The notes under the pieces: generated by a model
Database searches by the model: none
What the model was told of the DNA's origin: nothing
What the model saw: only the letters and a program-made list of their open reading frames with translations
Part shown: in pieces, positions 19,749-29,500 of the stretch
Layout of the letters: the number at the start of each line of letters is the position of its first letter
How positions within the stretch are numbered: position 1 is the stretch's first letter
Program-made: the position numbers and the translations under genes
NCBI GenBank assembly: GCA_038248205.1
Contig: JBBRUC010000006.1
Coordinates: 1-60,072, forward strand
DNA length: 60,072 nucleotides
From: Thermoanaerobaculia bacterium
Lineage (GTDB): Bacteria; Acidobacteriota; Thermoanaerobaculia; Multivoradales; UBA5704
Direction of reading: 5' to 3'

Positions 19749-20897
19749 GTGAGCGAGCCGGAGCCCTGGTGGCTTGCTCGGCGCGAAGAGTTGCTCGCGA
19801 TCGCGGCCGAAGCCTCCCCAGCCTACGTTTACGATCTTTCCAGCCTGGACCAGGCCGCCGCCGAGCTGGCATCGCTCGGGGTTTTCGATCGCCGGCTCTA
19901 CGCGGTCAAGGCGAATCCCCATCCACAGATCCTCCGCCGTTTCGCCGCCCTCGGCCTCGGCTTCGAGTGCGTCTCTCCGGGCGAGATCGAGCGGGTTTTG
20001 GCCAGCTGTCCCGGGGTTTCCCCCGACCGCATCCTGTTTACCCCGAACTTCGCGCCGCGCCGAGAGTACGAGCAGGCTCTCCAGGCAGGGGTCCACCTGA
20101 CGCTCGACAGCCTCCATCCGCTGCTCCATTGGCAGGAGAGCCTCGCCGGCTGTGAGGTCTTCGTCCGGCTCGATCTCGGTCGCGGCCTGGGGCACCACTC
20201 GCACGTCCGCACCGGCGGAGCGCATTCGAAGTTCGGCATTCCGCAGGAGGAGTGGCGCGAGCTGGCCGCTCTCGCGGCGCGCGCCGACGTGCGGATCGTC
20301 GGCCTGCACAGCCACGCTGGCAGCGGCATCCTCGATCCCGACCTCTGGCGTCATACCGCGCACGACCTCGTGGCCGCCGCGGCGCTCTTTCCCGAAGCTA
20401 CGGTGCTCGACCTAGGAGGCGGTTTGGGACTCCCCGGGCCGATCGGCTTGCGGCTCGACCTTCAGTCCCTGGCGGCGTCCCTCGCAACGCTCCAGGCCGA
20501 GCTGGCCGCCGCCGGGCGCTCGTTCAAGCTCTGGCTCGAACCGGGCCGCTACCTGGTGGCCGAAGCCGGAGTCCTGCTCGCCACGGTCACCCAGGTGAAA
20601 GGCAAAGGAGAAAATCGCTACGTCGGGGTCGACACCGGCATGAACTCCCTGATCCGGCCGATGCTCTACGGCGCCCACCAAGAAATCGTCAATCTCTCCC
20701 GCTGGGGAGAACCGCTCACCGCCCGCGTCGCGATCGTCGGCCCCATCTGCGAAAGCGGCGACGTTCTAGGCGTCGATCGCCACCTCCCCGAAACGCGGGA
20801 GGGAGACATCCTCCTCATCGCCACCACCGGAGCCTACGGTCGCTCCATGAGTTCCCACTACAACCTCCGCGAACCGGCGCGGGAGGTGGTGATTTGA
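19749..20897 (+). CDS. lysA: Diaminopimelate decarboxylase
   Basis: YAVKAN (PLP Lys), HSHAGSG, LGGG, EPGRY, GPICESGD and GAYG. Confidence 0.9.
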   Translation: MSEPEPWWLARREELLAIAAEASPAYVYDLSSLDQAAAELASLGVFDRRLYAVKANPHPQILRRFAALGLGFECVSPGEIERVLASCPGVSPDRILFTPNFAPRREYEQALQAGVHLTLDSLHPLLHWQESLAGCEVFVRLDLGRGLGHHSHVRTGGAHSKFGIPQEEWRELAALAARADVRIVGLHSHAGSGILDPDLWRHTAHDLVAAAALFPEATVLDLGGGLGLPGPIGLRLDLQSLAASLATLQAELAAAGRSFKLWLEPGRYLVAEAGVLLATVTQVKGKGENRYVGVDTGMNSLIRPMLYGAHQEIVNLSRWGEPLTARVAIVGPICESGDVLGVDRHLPETREGDILLIATTGAYGRSMSSHYNLREPAREVVI

Positions 20898-20953
20898 CGG
20901 GACGCTGAACGTAAATTACCTTGCGTGCTAGCCTTGGCCGCGAGGATGGACCG

Positions 20954-21181
20954 ATGAACCGTATCCGTTGGCAGGACCACATCGCCGTCGCGGAGGATTT
21001 ACACCACGGGGATCCGTGCATCAAAGGCACCCGTATTCCGGTGCGCATTCTGATCGGTAGCCTCGCCGACGGGATGCAGCCCGATGAAATCCTCGGATCG
21101 TACCCGCAGCTCTCGGAGCACGACCTCCTGGCGGCCCTTGCTTATGCCGCGGATGAGCCTCACGACTCGACCAGATCCTGA
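20954..21181 (+). CDS. DUF433 antitoxin-like protein
   Basis: HHGDPCIKGTRIPV...EILGSYPQL..DLLAALAYAA. Confidence 0.85.
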   Translation: MNRIRWQDHIAVAEDLHHGDPCIKGTRIPVRILIGSLADGMQPDEILGSYPQLSEHDLLAALAYAADEPHDSTRS

Positions 21182-22503
21182 ATCGCTGCGGCGAGCGGGG
21201 CGTTGTCTTTCGCCGCGGCGACCGCTTCGAAGGCGCGCGCCAGGTCGGCGATCAGCTCGTCGGGGTGTTCGATGCCCACGGCGAGGCGGATCATTTGGGG
21301 AGTGATGCCGATCTCCATCTGTTCTTCGACCGGAATGTCTGAGTGGGTCATGGTCGCCGGGTGCTCGATCAGCGATTCGGTGCCGCCGAGGCTTACGGCG
21401 AGCTTGATCAACTGGACGGCGTTTAGGAACTGGAACGCTTCGGCCTCGCCCCCTTCTTCGAGTTCGAAGGAGATCAGCGCTCCGGCCCCCGAGCATTGGC
21501 GCTCGTAGATTTCGCGCTGGCGCCGGTCGTGGATCATGCCGGGGTAGTAGACCTTGGCCACCTGGGGGTGGCCGGCGAGCCAAGCGGCGATGTGCTCGGC
21601 GTTCTTTCGTTCGCAGGTCATGCGGAGCTTGTAGGTTTCAAGCGAGCGAAGGAGCAGCCAGGCCGAGTGCGGGTCGAGCATGGTGCCGAGAATGGTGCGG
21701 AACTGCTTCACCCGATCGATCACCGTGTGGCTGCCCAAGGCGACACCCGCGACTACGTCGCTGTGGCCCCCGAGGTACTTGGTCGCCGAATAGAGCACGA
21801 GATCCGCGCCCAATCCCAGCGGCTGCTGGTAGAGCGGGCCGAGCAGCGTGTTGTCCACGGCGACCAGGGCGCCGTGGCGGTGAGCGATCTCGGCGACCTT
21901 TGCGATGTCGGTGAGCACGAGAGTCGGATTCGCCGGCACTTCGAGCAGCACCATCTTGCACGGCGTACCGGCCGCCGCAAGCTGCGTCAAAAGGTGTTCG
22001 ACTTGGGCCCCGTCCGCACCGGCGGGGAAGTGGCGCGAGGGGATGCCCATTTCCGGCAGGATCTTTTCGAGCAGGTAGTGGGTGCCGCCGTAGACCGGGC
22101 GCGAGTAGACGACCGAGCTGCCGATCGGCACGTGGGCGAGCAGCGAAGTCGAGATCGCCGCCATCCCGGAGGCGAAGACCGCGCTCGCCTCGGCACGGTC
22201 CCAAAGGCTCAGGCGCCCTTCCAGGATCTCCAGGTTCGGGTTGTTGATCCGGCTGTAGATCAGGCCCATCGGCCCTTGAAGCGGCGCAAGGCCGTAGGCG
22301 AAGGCGAAGAAGGCCTTGCCCTGCTCGGCGCTCGAAAAAACGAACGTCGAGGTCTGGAAGAGCGGCGGTTTGACCGAGCCTTCGGACCACTCCGGGTGGT
22401 AGCCGTAGCTCATCATGAACGACTCGGGATGGGCGCTCTGAGCCGCCAGATCCTGGGCCGTGTCGGGGCGAGGGCAAAAACGGGGCTTGCGCGGGTCGTT
22501 CAT
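21160..22503 (-). CDS. Cystathionine gamma-synthase / methionine gamma-lyase family PLP enzyme
   Basis: YSRINNP, FASGMAAI, DNT, SATKYLGGHSD and AVSLGGTESL. Confidence 0.92.
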   Translation of the reverse strand: MNDPRKPRFCPRPDTAQDLAAQSAHPESFMMSYGYHPEWSEGSVKPPLFQTSTFVFSSAEQGKAFFAFAYGLAPLQGPMGLIYSRINNPNLEILEGRLSLWDRAEASAVFASGMAAISTSLLAHVPIGSSVVYSRPVYGGTHYLLEKILPEMGIPSRHFPAGADGAQVEHLLTQLAAAGTPCKMVLLEVPANPTLVLTDIAKVAEIAHRHGALVAVDNTLLGPLYQQPLGLGADLVLYSATKYLGGHSDVVAGVALGSHTVIDRVKQFRTILGTMLDPHSAWLLLRSLETYKLRMTCERKNAEHIAAWLAGHPQVAKVYYPGMIHDRRQREIYERQCSGAGALISFELEEGGEAEAFQFLNAVQLIKLAVSLGGTESLIEHPATMTHSDIPVEEQMEIGITPQMIRLAVGIEHPDELIADLARAFEAVAAAKDNAPLAAAIQDLVES

Positions 22504-22659
22504 GGTGCGGATCTCCAAGGAGGATCGATCGCGGGAGGCGGCCGACGAGGCCGCCGTGCCGATTCCGACCATAGCGCACTCGACGGGTACGTTGCCCCGC
22601 CCCTCCGCGCGGTTGGTTTCCGTCGTCCACTCGGGCGCAAATTCTCGGATAATCGCGCG

Positions 22660-23475
22660 ATGCACGCCCTCGCTCCCCTCGCCCTCCTCCTCGCCGCCCC
22701 GCTGTTCGCTCAAAGCTCAGACGTTCCGCCGATTAAGGACAACTCGTTTCTGATCGAAGAGGCCTATAACCAGGAGGAGGGCGCGGTGCAGCACATCACG
22801 ACCTGGGCGCAGGACCGCGACTCCCGCGATTGGAGCGCGACCTTCACTCAGGAGTGGCCGTTCTTGAGCCCGAAGCACCAGCTGAGTTACACGCTCGAAT
22901 GGGATCATGCGGCGGCGGCCTTCGGCGCAGGGGGAAGCGGCGGCGCGGGCGATCTCGCGATCAACTACCGCTACCAACTGGTGGGGGACGGCGACGCCCC
23001 GGTCGCGTTCTCGCCCCGCCTCTCTCTACTGCTGCCGACCGGCGATGCGGAGAAAGGGCGCGGCGCGGGAGCGATCGGGGTACAGGTAAATTTTCCACTG
23101 TCGGTCGTGCTCTCTCCCAAACTTACAGCCCACAGTAACCTGGGGGGCACCTGGACGCCCGATGCCGAGAACGAATTTGGCGCCAAAGCTGACAATTTTT
23201 CGACCCAGGTCGGGCAAAGCGTGATTTGGCTGTTACATCCTCGCGTCAATCTGATGCTCGAAGCGGTCTACGCGAAGGACCAGGCGACCCTCTCTCCCGG
23301 CCGCACCGAGTCGGCCGAAAGCGTCACGATCAGCCCGGGCGTCCGCTGGTCGTACAACTTCAAGAACGGCCTCCAGATCGTCCCCGGAATCGCCTTTCCG
23401 TTCGGCGTCGGGCCGAGCGACGGCGACCATGCGGTGTTTCTTTACCTGAGCTTCGAGCACCCCTTCAAGCGGTAG
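22660..23475 (+). CDS. Outer-membrane beta-barrel 'transporter' (Phenol_MetA_deg-like)
   Basis: Signal peptide, DNSFLIEEAYNQE, GDLAINYRYQL, LLLPTG and an aromatic C-terminus YLSFEHPF. Confidence 0.75.
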   Translation: MHALAPLALLLAAPLFAQSSDVPPIKDNSFLIEEAYNQEEGAVQHITTWAQDRDSRDWSATFTQEWPFLSPKHQLSYTLEWDHAAAAFGAGGSGGAGDLAINYRYQLVGDGDAPVAFSPRLSLLLPTGDAEKGRGAGAIGVQVNFPLSVVLSPKLTAHSNLGGTWTPDAENEFGAKADNFSTQVGQSVIWLLHPRVNLMLEAVYAKDQATLSPGRTESAESVTISPGVRWSYNFKNGLQIVPGIAFPFGVGPSDGDHAVFLYLSFEHPFKR

Positions 23476-23596
23476 AGGCGGCAGGCCAGGGGTGGCCATT
23501 GGAGGAGCGCGGCTGGCACACCGCTTGCTTTGGCTTCGCGCGAATTCTGGGCCACAGAACTCATTGTCAGGTTTTTTATAGCTCTCGGGAGGAGCC

Positions 23597-26500
23597 ATGC
23601 CTTTAGTTGTCCGTCGGTCGTTGGCCGAGGTGCGCTTTGCGCGCACCGTGCTTGTTGTACTCATCGCCGCTCTGGTCGGTGCCGTTTCGCTTTCCGCCCA
23701 GCCCTTGCAGAAAGCGGCGATCCAGGTCGATCCGGGCAACACCAAGCTCACCGGCCAGACGTTCGGGTACCGGTTGACCTACCGGTGCAACGCCACGGTG
23801 GGCAACTGCCTGAACGCGGTGGTGACCGACGTCCTCCCTCCCGAAGTGGTCTTCGTTTCCGCCGTCGGCACCAGCGACGTGGCTTCGACCACGACGCCGT
23901 CGGTCGGCAGCACCGGCACGGTGACCTTCACGATGGTGAGCCCGCTGCCGGCGGGCAACTCCGGCGATCTGATCATCAACGTCCGCTTTCCGAACGGCTC
24001 GACACCGAACGGCACGGTCGCGACCAATACGGCGACCGGCACCAACCTCGCGACCCCGCAGGGATCGTTCACCACGCCGCCGGTCGCGGTGACCGCCGTC
24101 GCGAGTTCGCAGGTGTCGCTGCAAAAGACGCTGCTCACCTCGCCCGCGAACCTCGACATGCCTGAGAGTTACCGGCTGCGGATCTCGGTTTCGAACAACG
24201 CCGGCTCGCTCAACCTGACCGCCGTCGGCCCGGTGACCGACACGCTGCCGGCCGGCACCGTATTCAACGGCGCCACCCCCGCCTCGGACTGCCAGCCGGG
24301 CTGCGTCGGCACGACGCCCGCGACGGTTACCTGGACCTCCCCGTGCAGCCTGCCGGTTCTCGCCGGGGGCAACTGCGACATCACGGTCAACGTTACCTTC
24401 CCGAGCGCCACCTTCCCCTCGGGCACCAATGTCACCAATTCGTTCACCGCGGCGGGCACGCCGCTGGGGGAGCCCGCCAACCCGAATCTGGGCGTGGGGA
24501 ACGTCACCCACCCGGTGACCACGTTCGTGGCGAACCCGAGCGCGAGTCTGGCGAAAAACGTCGAAGGAAACAGCCCGAACCCGCCGACGCTCAACCAGAC
24601 CTTCAGTTACGACTTCGTCCCCGGCAACAACGGCAACGTGCCGCTCGACAACCTGGTGGTGATCGACACCCTGCCGATCCAAATGCAGGTTTCGAGCGTC
24701 ACCACCGGCGCCTATTCGAACCTCGCGGACTTTGCGGCGGGGGTGGGCGTGCGGGTGAGCTACGAGAAGAACACAGCACCCGGCGTCTTCACCCTCTGGG
24801 GCAACTCGCCGAATGCGACGACCAACACGACGCTTACCGCCCCGCCGCCGGGGCTCGGCGCGGGCGAGTACCTCACCCGCATTCGCTGGGAGTACGGCCA
24901 GGCGGCGGTCGGCATGGCGCCCTCGGCCCGACCGCTCGTCACCGGGCAGATCGTCAATCCGGACCATGCGGGCGGGCCGGTGAGTTTCGGCGACACGATC
25001 CAGAATTGCGTCGACTCGACCGCGGTCTACACGGCCGGGCCGACCAACGTCAGCCGCAACGCCTGTCGGAGTTTCGTCCTCTCCGGTCCGTTCGTCCAGC
25101 TCAACCCTGCGAAGGACAATCTTTCGGGCGGGCCGTTCCTACCGGGGCAGGCCGTCGCGTTCCGTCTGCGGGTGCGCTCGGCGCCGCAGTCGAGCGACCC
25201 GGTGGCGCTTGAGGCGCTCGTGGCGACCGATCTTTTGCCGGTCAACCTGCTGTTTTCTTCCTGGACGTTCGACGACCAGGGGACCGGCCTGCCCGCGCCG
25301 CAGGTGTTCGATCAGATCCCCAACTTCGCCGGTACCGGCCGCACCCTGTTGCGCTGGCGCTGGAACGCTGGGAGCGGCAACCTCGGGGTGAACACGCAGG
25401 TCTGGATCAACATCTCGACCACCGTCCGGAACGGCGCGGCCAGCGGCAGCCTGGCGAACGACTTCACGCTGGAGCACGATGCCCCGGGCTTGAGCCAACG
25501 TTGCTCGGGCTCGTCGCAGACCGACCCGCTCGACTACGACGGCGACGGCAACACCGCCGAAACCCTCTGCCGCGCAACCGCCACGATCACCATCGCGCCG
25601 GTCGCCCAGCTGGTTTCGAGCAAGCGGGTCCAAGGCTCGTGCGACGGCGGCTTCACCGCCGCCTCCCTCGGCACGCTGCTCGGCGGCTCGATCGACTACC
25701 GGCTGCAGGTCCAAAACGTCGGAACGATTCCGATGAACAACTTCCGTATCGTCGACATCCTGCCCTTCGTGGGCGACACCGGCGTGCTCGACACCAACCC
25801 GCGTAATTCGCTCTGGGCGCCGATCCTTACCGCGCCGATCGCGGCGCCGCCCGGAACGACGCTCTACTACAGCCTGTCGGGCAATCCGTGCCGGCCGGAG
25901 GTCGGCGGCCCGAACACCGGTTGCGATCCGCCCAATTGGACCACCGTGCCGCCGGTGCCGATCGCCCTCGCCCGCTCGTTCAAGGTCGAGTTCGGCGCGC
26001 GGACGATTCAACCGTTCGATTTTTTGAACTTCGATTTCCGCATGACCGTGCCGGCCGACGTGCCGGGAGGCGGAGCGCAGGCGTTCAACTCGTTCGCCTA
26101 CCTGGGCGAACGAGCGGACGGCATCGGCAATCTGTCCGCCGAGCCGAACAAGGTGGGGGTGGCGATCGGCACCTGCCCGGCCGCGGCGCTCGGCGATTTC
26201 GTCTGGCTCGACACCGACCGCAACGGCCTGCAAGACGACGGGCCGACGGGCGTCAACGGCGTCTTCGTCGAGCTGCTCGCCCCCGGCGCGGACGGCATCG
26301 CCCGAACCGCGGACGACGTTCTGGTCAGCACGACGGTGACCGCGAACGACGCGTCGAACAACCCCGGCTGGTACCAGGTCCCGGGCCTTGCCGCGGGCAA
26401 TTACTTCGTCCGCTTCGCGCCGCCGCCGAACCTTGAAGTCACGCTGCGCGATGCGGGCGGCGACACGATCGATTCCGACGTCGACCCCGTCACCGCGTGC

Positions 26501-29500
26501 AGCCCGGTGGTTGCCCTCGGCCCGGTCGAGTCGAATCAGACCCTCGACATGGGGCTCGTGCAGCCCGCGACCGCGGCGCTCGGCAACTACGTCTTCTTCG
26601 ACGTCGACAACGACGGGATTCAGAACGGCCCGGCCGACTTCGGTGTCAACGGCGTGGCGGTCAAGCTGTTCGCCGACAACGGCAACGGCACGCCCGAGCC
26701 GGGCGGCGCCGACGGCGCGCCGATCGCGATCACGGTGACCGCCAACGACGTCTACGGCCAGCCGGGCTACTACCTGTTCGAAAACCTGCTGCCGGGGGTC
26801 AAGTACTTCGTCCAATTCATGCTGCCGCCGACCGCTTCCGGGTTCACCACGCGCGACGCGGGCGGCGACGACACGCTCGATTCCGACGCCAACCCGGCCA
26901 ACGGTACGAGCCAGCTCGTGATGCTGATGGCGGGCGAGACGAACCTCTCGATCGACGCCGGCTTGGTTCGCCCCTCCGGCGCGCTGCGGCTGGGCGACCA
27001 GGTCTGGATGGATACCGACAACGACGGCGTCTACGAGCCCGAAAGCGGCGAGATGGGGATCGACGGCGTTCGCCTCGATCTCTACCTCGACGCCAACGGC
27101 GACGGGGCGCCGACGCTGGACGAGTATGTGACGACGACCTCGACCTTCACCTCGAGCGGCTTTGCCGGCCGCTACGAATTCGGTCAGCTGGCGCCGGGCA
27201 ACTATCAGGTGGTCGTCCCGGCTTCGAATTTCCTCGGCTCCGGACCGCTCGCGGGCAAACAGAGCAGCACGGGCAACGACCCGGCGCCCGACCCGGACGA
27301 TGACGTCAACGGCGACGACAACGGCACCCCGTCGGGGTCGCTGGTCATCAGCCGGCCGATCACGCTCTCGGTCGGCGGCGAGCCGACGACCGACGGCGAT
27401 TCCGACTCGAACAGCAACCTGACGGTCGATTTCGGCTTCACGACCGGCGGCGTCGCCCCTGAGTTCGATTACGGTGACGATCCGGACGTGGTGGCCGGGG
27501 CATTCTCGCCCACCGACTACCAGACCACCGCGCTCGACTCCGGCGCCGCGCATCGGGTAGGCGTCGTGAACGCGCCCTATCTCGGCTCTTGTGTCGATGC
27601 CGATCCGGGCACCCAGCAAAACACGATGGCCAACGCCGACGACGCGAACTCCTACGGCACGACGGTCGGCACCTGCGCCGTCGCGGGGGACGACGAGGAC
27701 GGCGTTGCGTTCTCGAATCCTGTGCGGGTCGGCTCGCTGGTCAACATCTCGGTGACCGCCAGTTCGGGTACCAACGCCTGCGTCCTCTCGGCCTGGATCG
27801 ATTGGAACCGGGACGGCGATTTCCTCGATGCGGGCGAGCAGATCGCCTCGGCGGTTTCGATCCCCTCGGGTTCGACGTCGATCCTCTCGCCGGTCGTACC
27901 GGTGGGCGCCATCCCAGGCTTTACCTACTCGCGCTTCCGCTGCGCCTCGGCGCCGGTCGCCGGGCCGACCGGCATGGCTCCGGACGGCGAGGTGGAGGAC
28001 TACCGGGTGGCGATCGTCGGCATGGACTTTGGCGATGCGCCCGACAGCTACGGCACGACGCTCGGCGCGAACGGCCCGCGGCACGATGTCGATCCCGCCG
28101 CTCCCTTGACTCTCGGCGCCTGCGAGGACACCGAGGCGGACGGCCTGCCGGGAGCGACAGCTCTGGGTGACGACAACGCGCAGGGCAACCCGGGCGTCGG
28201 CCTCTGCTTCGACGACGAAGACGGCGTTACCTTCACCAGCATGGTCGTCGCCTGCCAGAGCGCCACGATCTCGGTGGTGGTGGGTGGCGGGGGCGGCCGG
28301 CTCGATGGTTGGATCGACTGGAACCGCGACGGCGACTTCCTGGACGCGACCGAAGCGATCGCGATCAACCTGCCCGTCACCTCCGGCGCCAACGTGATCA
28401 GCGTGCCGGTCCCCTGCGGCGCCAGCCCCGGAACGACCTACGCCCGCTTCCGCTTGAGCTCGGCGGGCAATCTTGCTCCCACCGGTCCGGCCGCGGACGG
28501 CGAGGTCGAGGACTATTCGATCCTGATCAAAGGGAGCGATTGGGGCGATGCCCCCGCGCCCTACCCGACCCTCCAAGCGAATAACGGTCCCAATCATGGC
28601 GTCGATCCCGGCTCGCCGCGCTTCCTGGGCTCGTGCGTAGACACCGAGGCGAACGGCCAGCCGACCGCCCCGGCCGACGGCGACGACTTGGGCGCCGGCT
28701 CCGCCGTAGGCACCTGCGCAGGAAATGACGACGAGGACGGCGTGGTCTTCTCTACCCCGTTGATTGGCTGCCAGGCGGCGATGGTCGTGGTGACTTCGAA
28801 CGTCGCCTCCCGGCTCGATGCCTGGATCGATTGGAACCGCGACGGCGATTGGCTCGACGCGGGCGAGCAGATCGCAACCAATATCGTGCTCGCGGCGGGT
28901 GCCAACCCGCTGGCCTTGAGCGTTCCCTGCGGCGTCAATCCCGGCGCCACCTATGCCCGCTTCCGCACCAGCTCGACCGGCGGGCTCGCGTTCACCGGCG
29001 CCGCGATGGATGGCGAGGTGGAAGACCACACGGTGACGCTCGTCGGCGCCGACCTCGGCGATCTGCCCGACACCTTCGGCACCACGTTCGGCGCGGGCGG
29101 CCCCACCCATGGCGTCAACCTCGGTTCGCCCCTGCAGCTCGGCGCCTGCGTCGATTCCGAGACCGACGGTCAGCCGTCGGGTGGCGCCACCGGCGACGAT
29201 CTGGGGGCGGGCACCAGCACCGCGGGAAGCTGCGCCGCGACCAATGACGACGAGGACGGTGTCACCTTCTCGGGCAACATGATCACCGCCTGCCAGCAGG
29301 CCTCGATCACCGTCACCGCCGGAGCGCCGGGCCTCCTCGACGCCTGGATCGATTTCGACGGCAACGGCGCCTTCGGGGTCGGCGAGCAGATCTTCGACAA
29401 CCAAGGGCTTTCGGCGGGAGCGAACGCGCTCACCTTCTCCGTCCCCTGCACGACCCTGCCCGCCTCGCGCGGCGCCCGTTTCCGCCTCTCTTCGGCGGGA

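Noticed and set aside
21496-22659. Long N-terminal extension of the 659-aa ORF 21496-23475
   Set aside because: It is antisense to the PLP enzyme. The real gene starts at the signal peptide at 22660.
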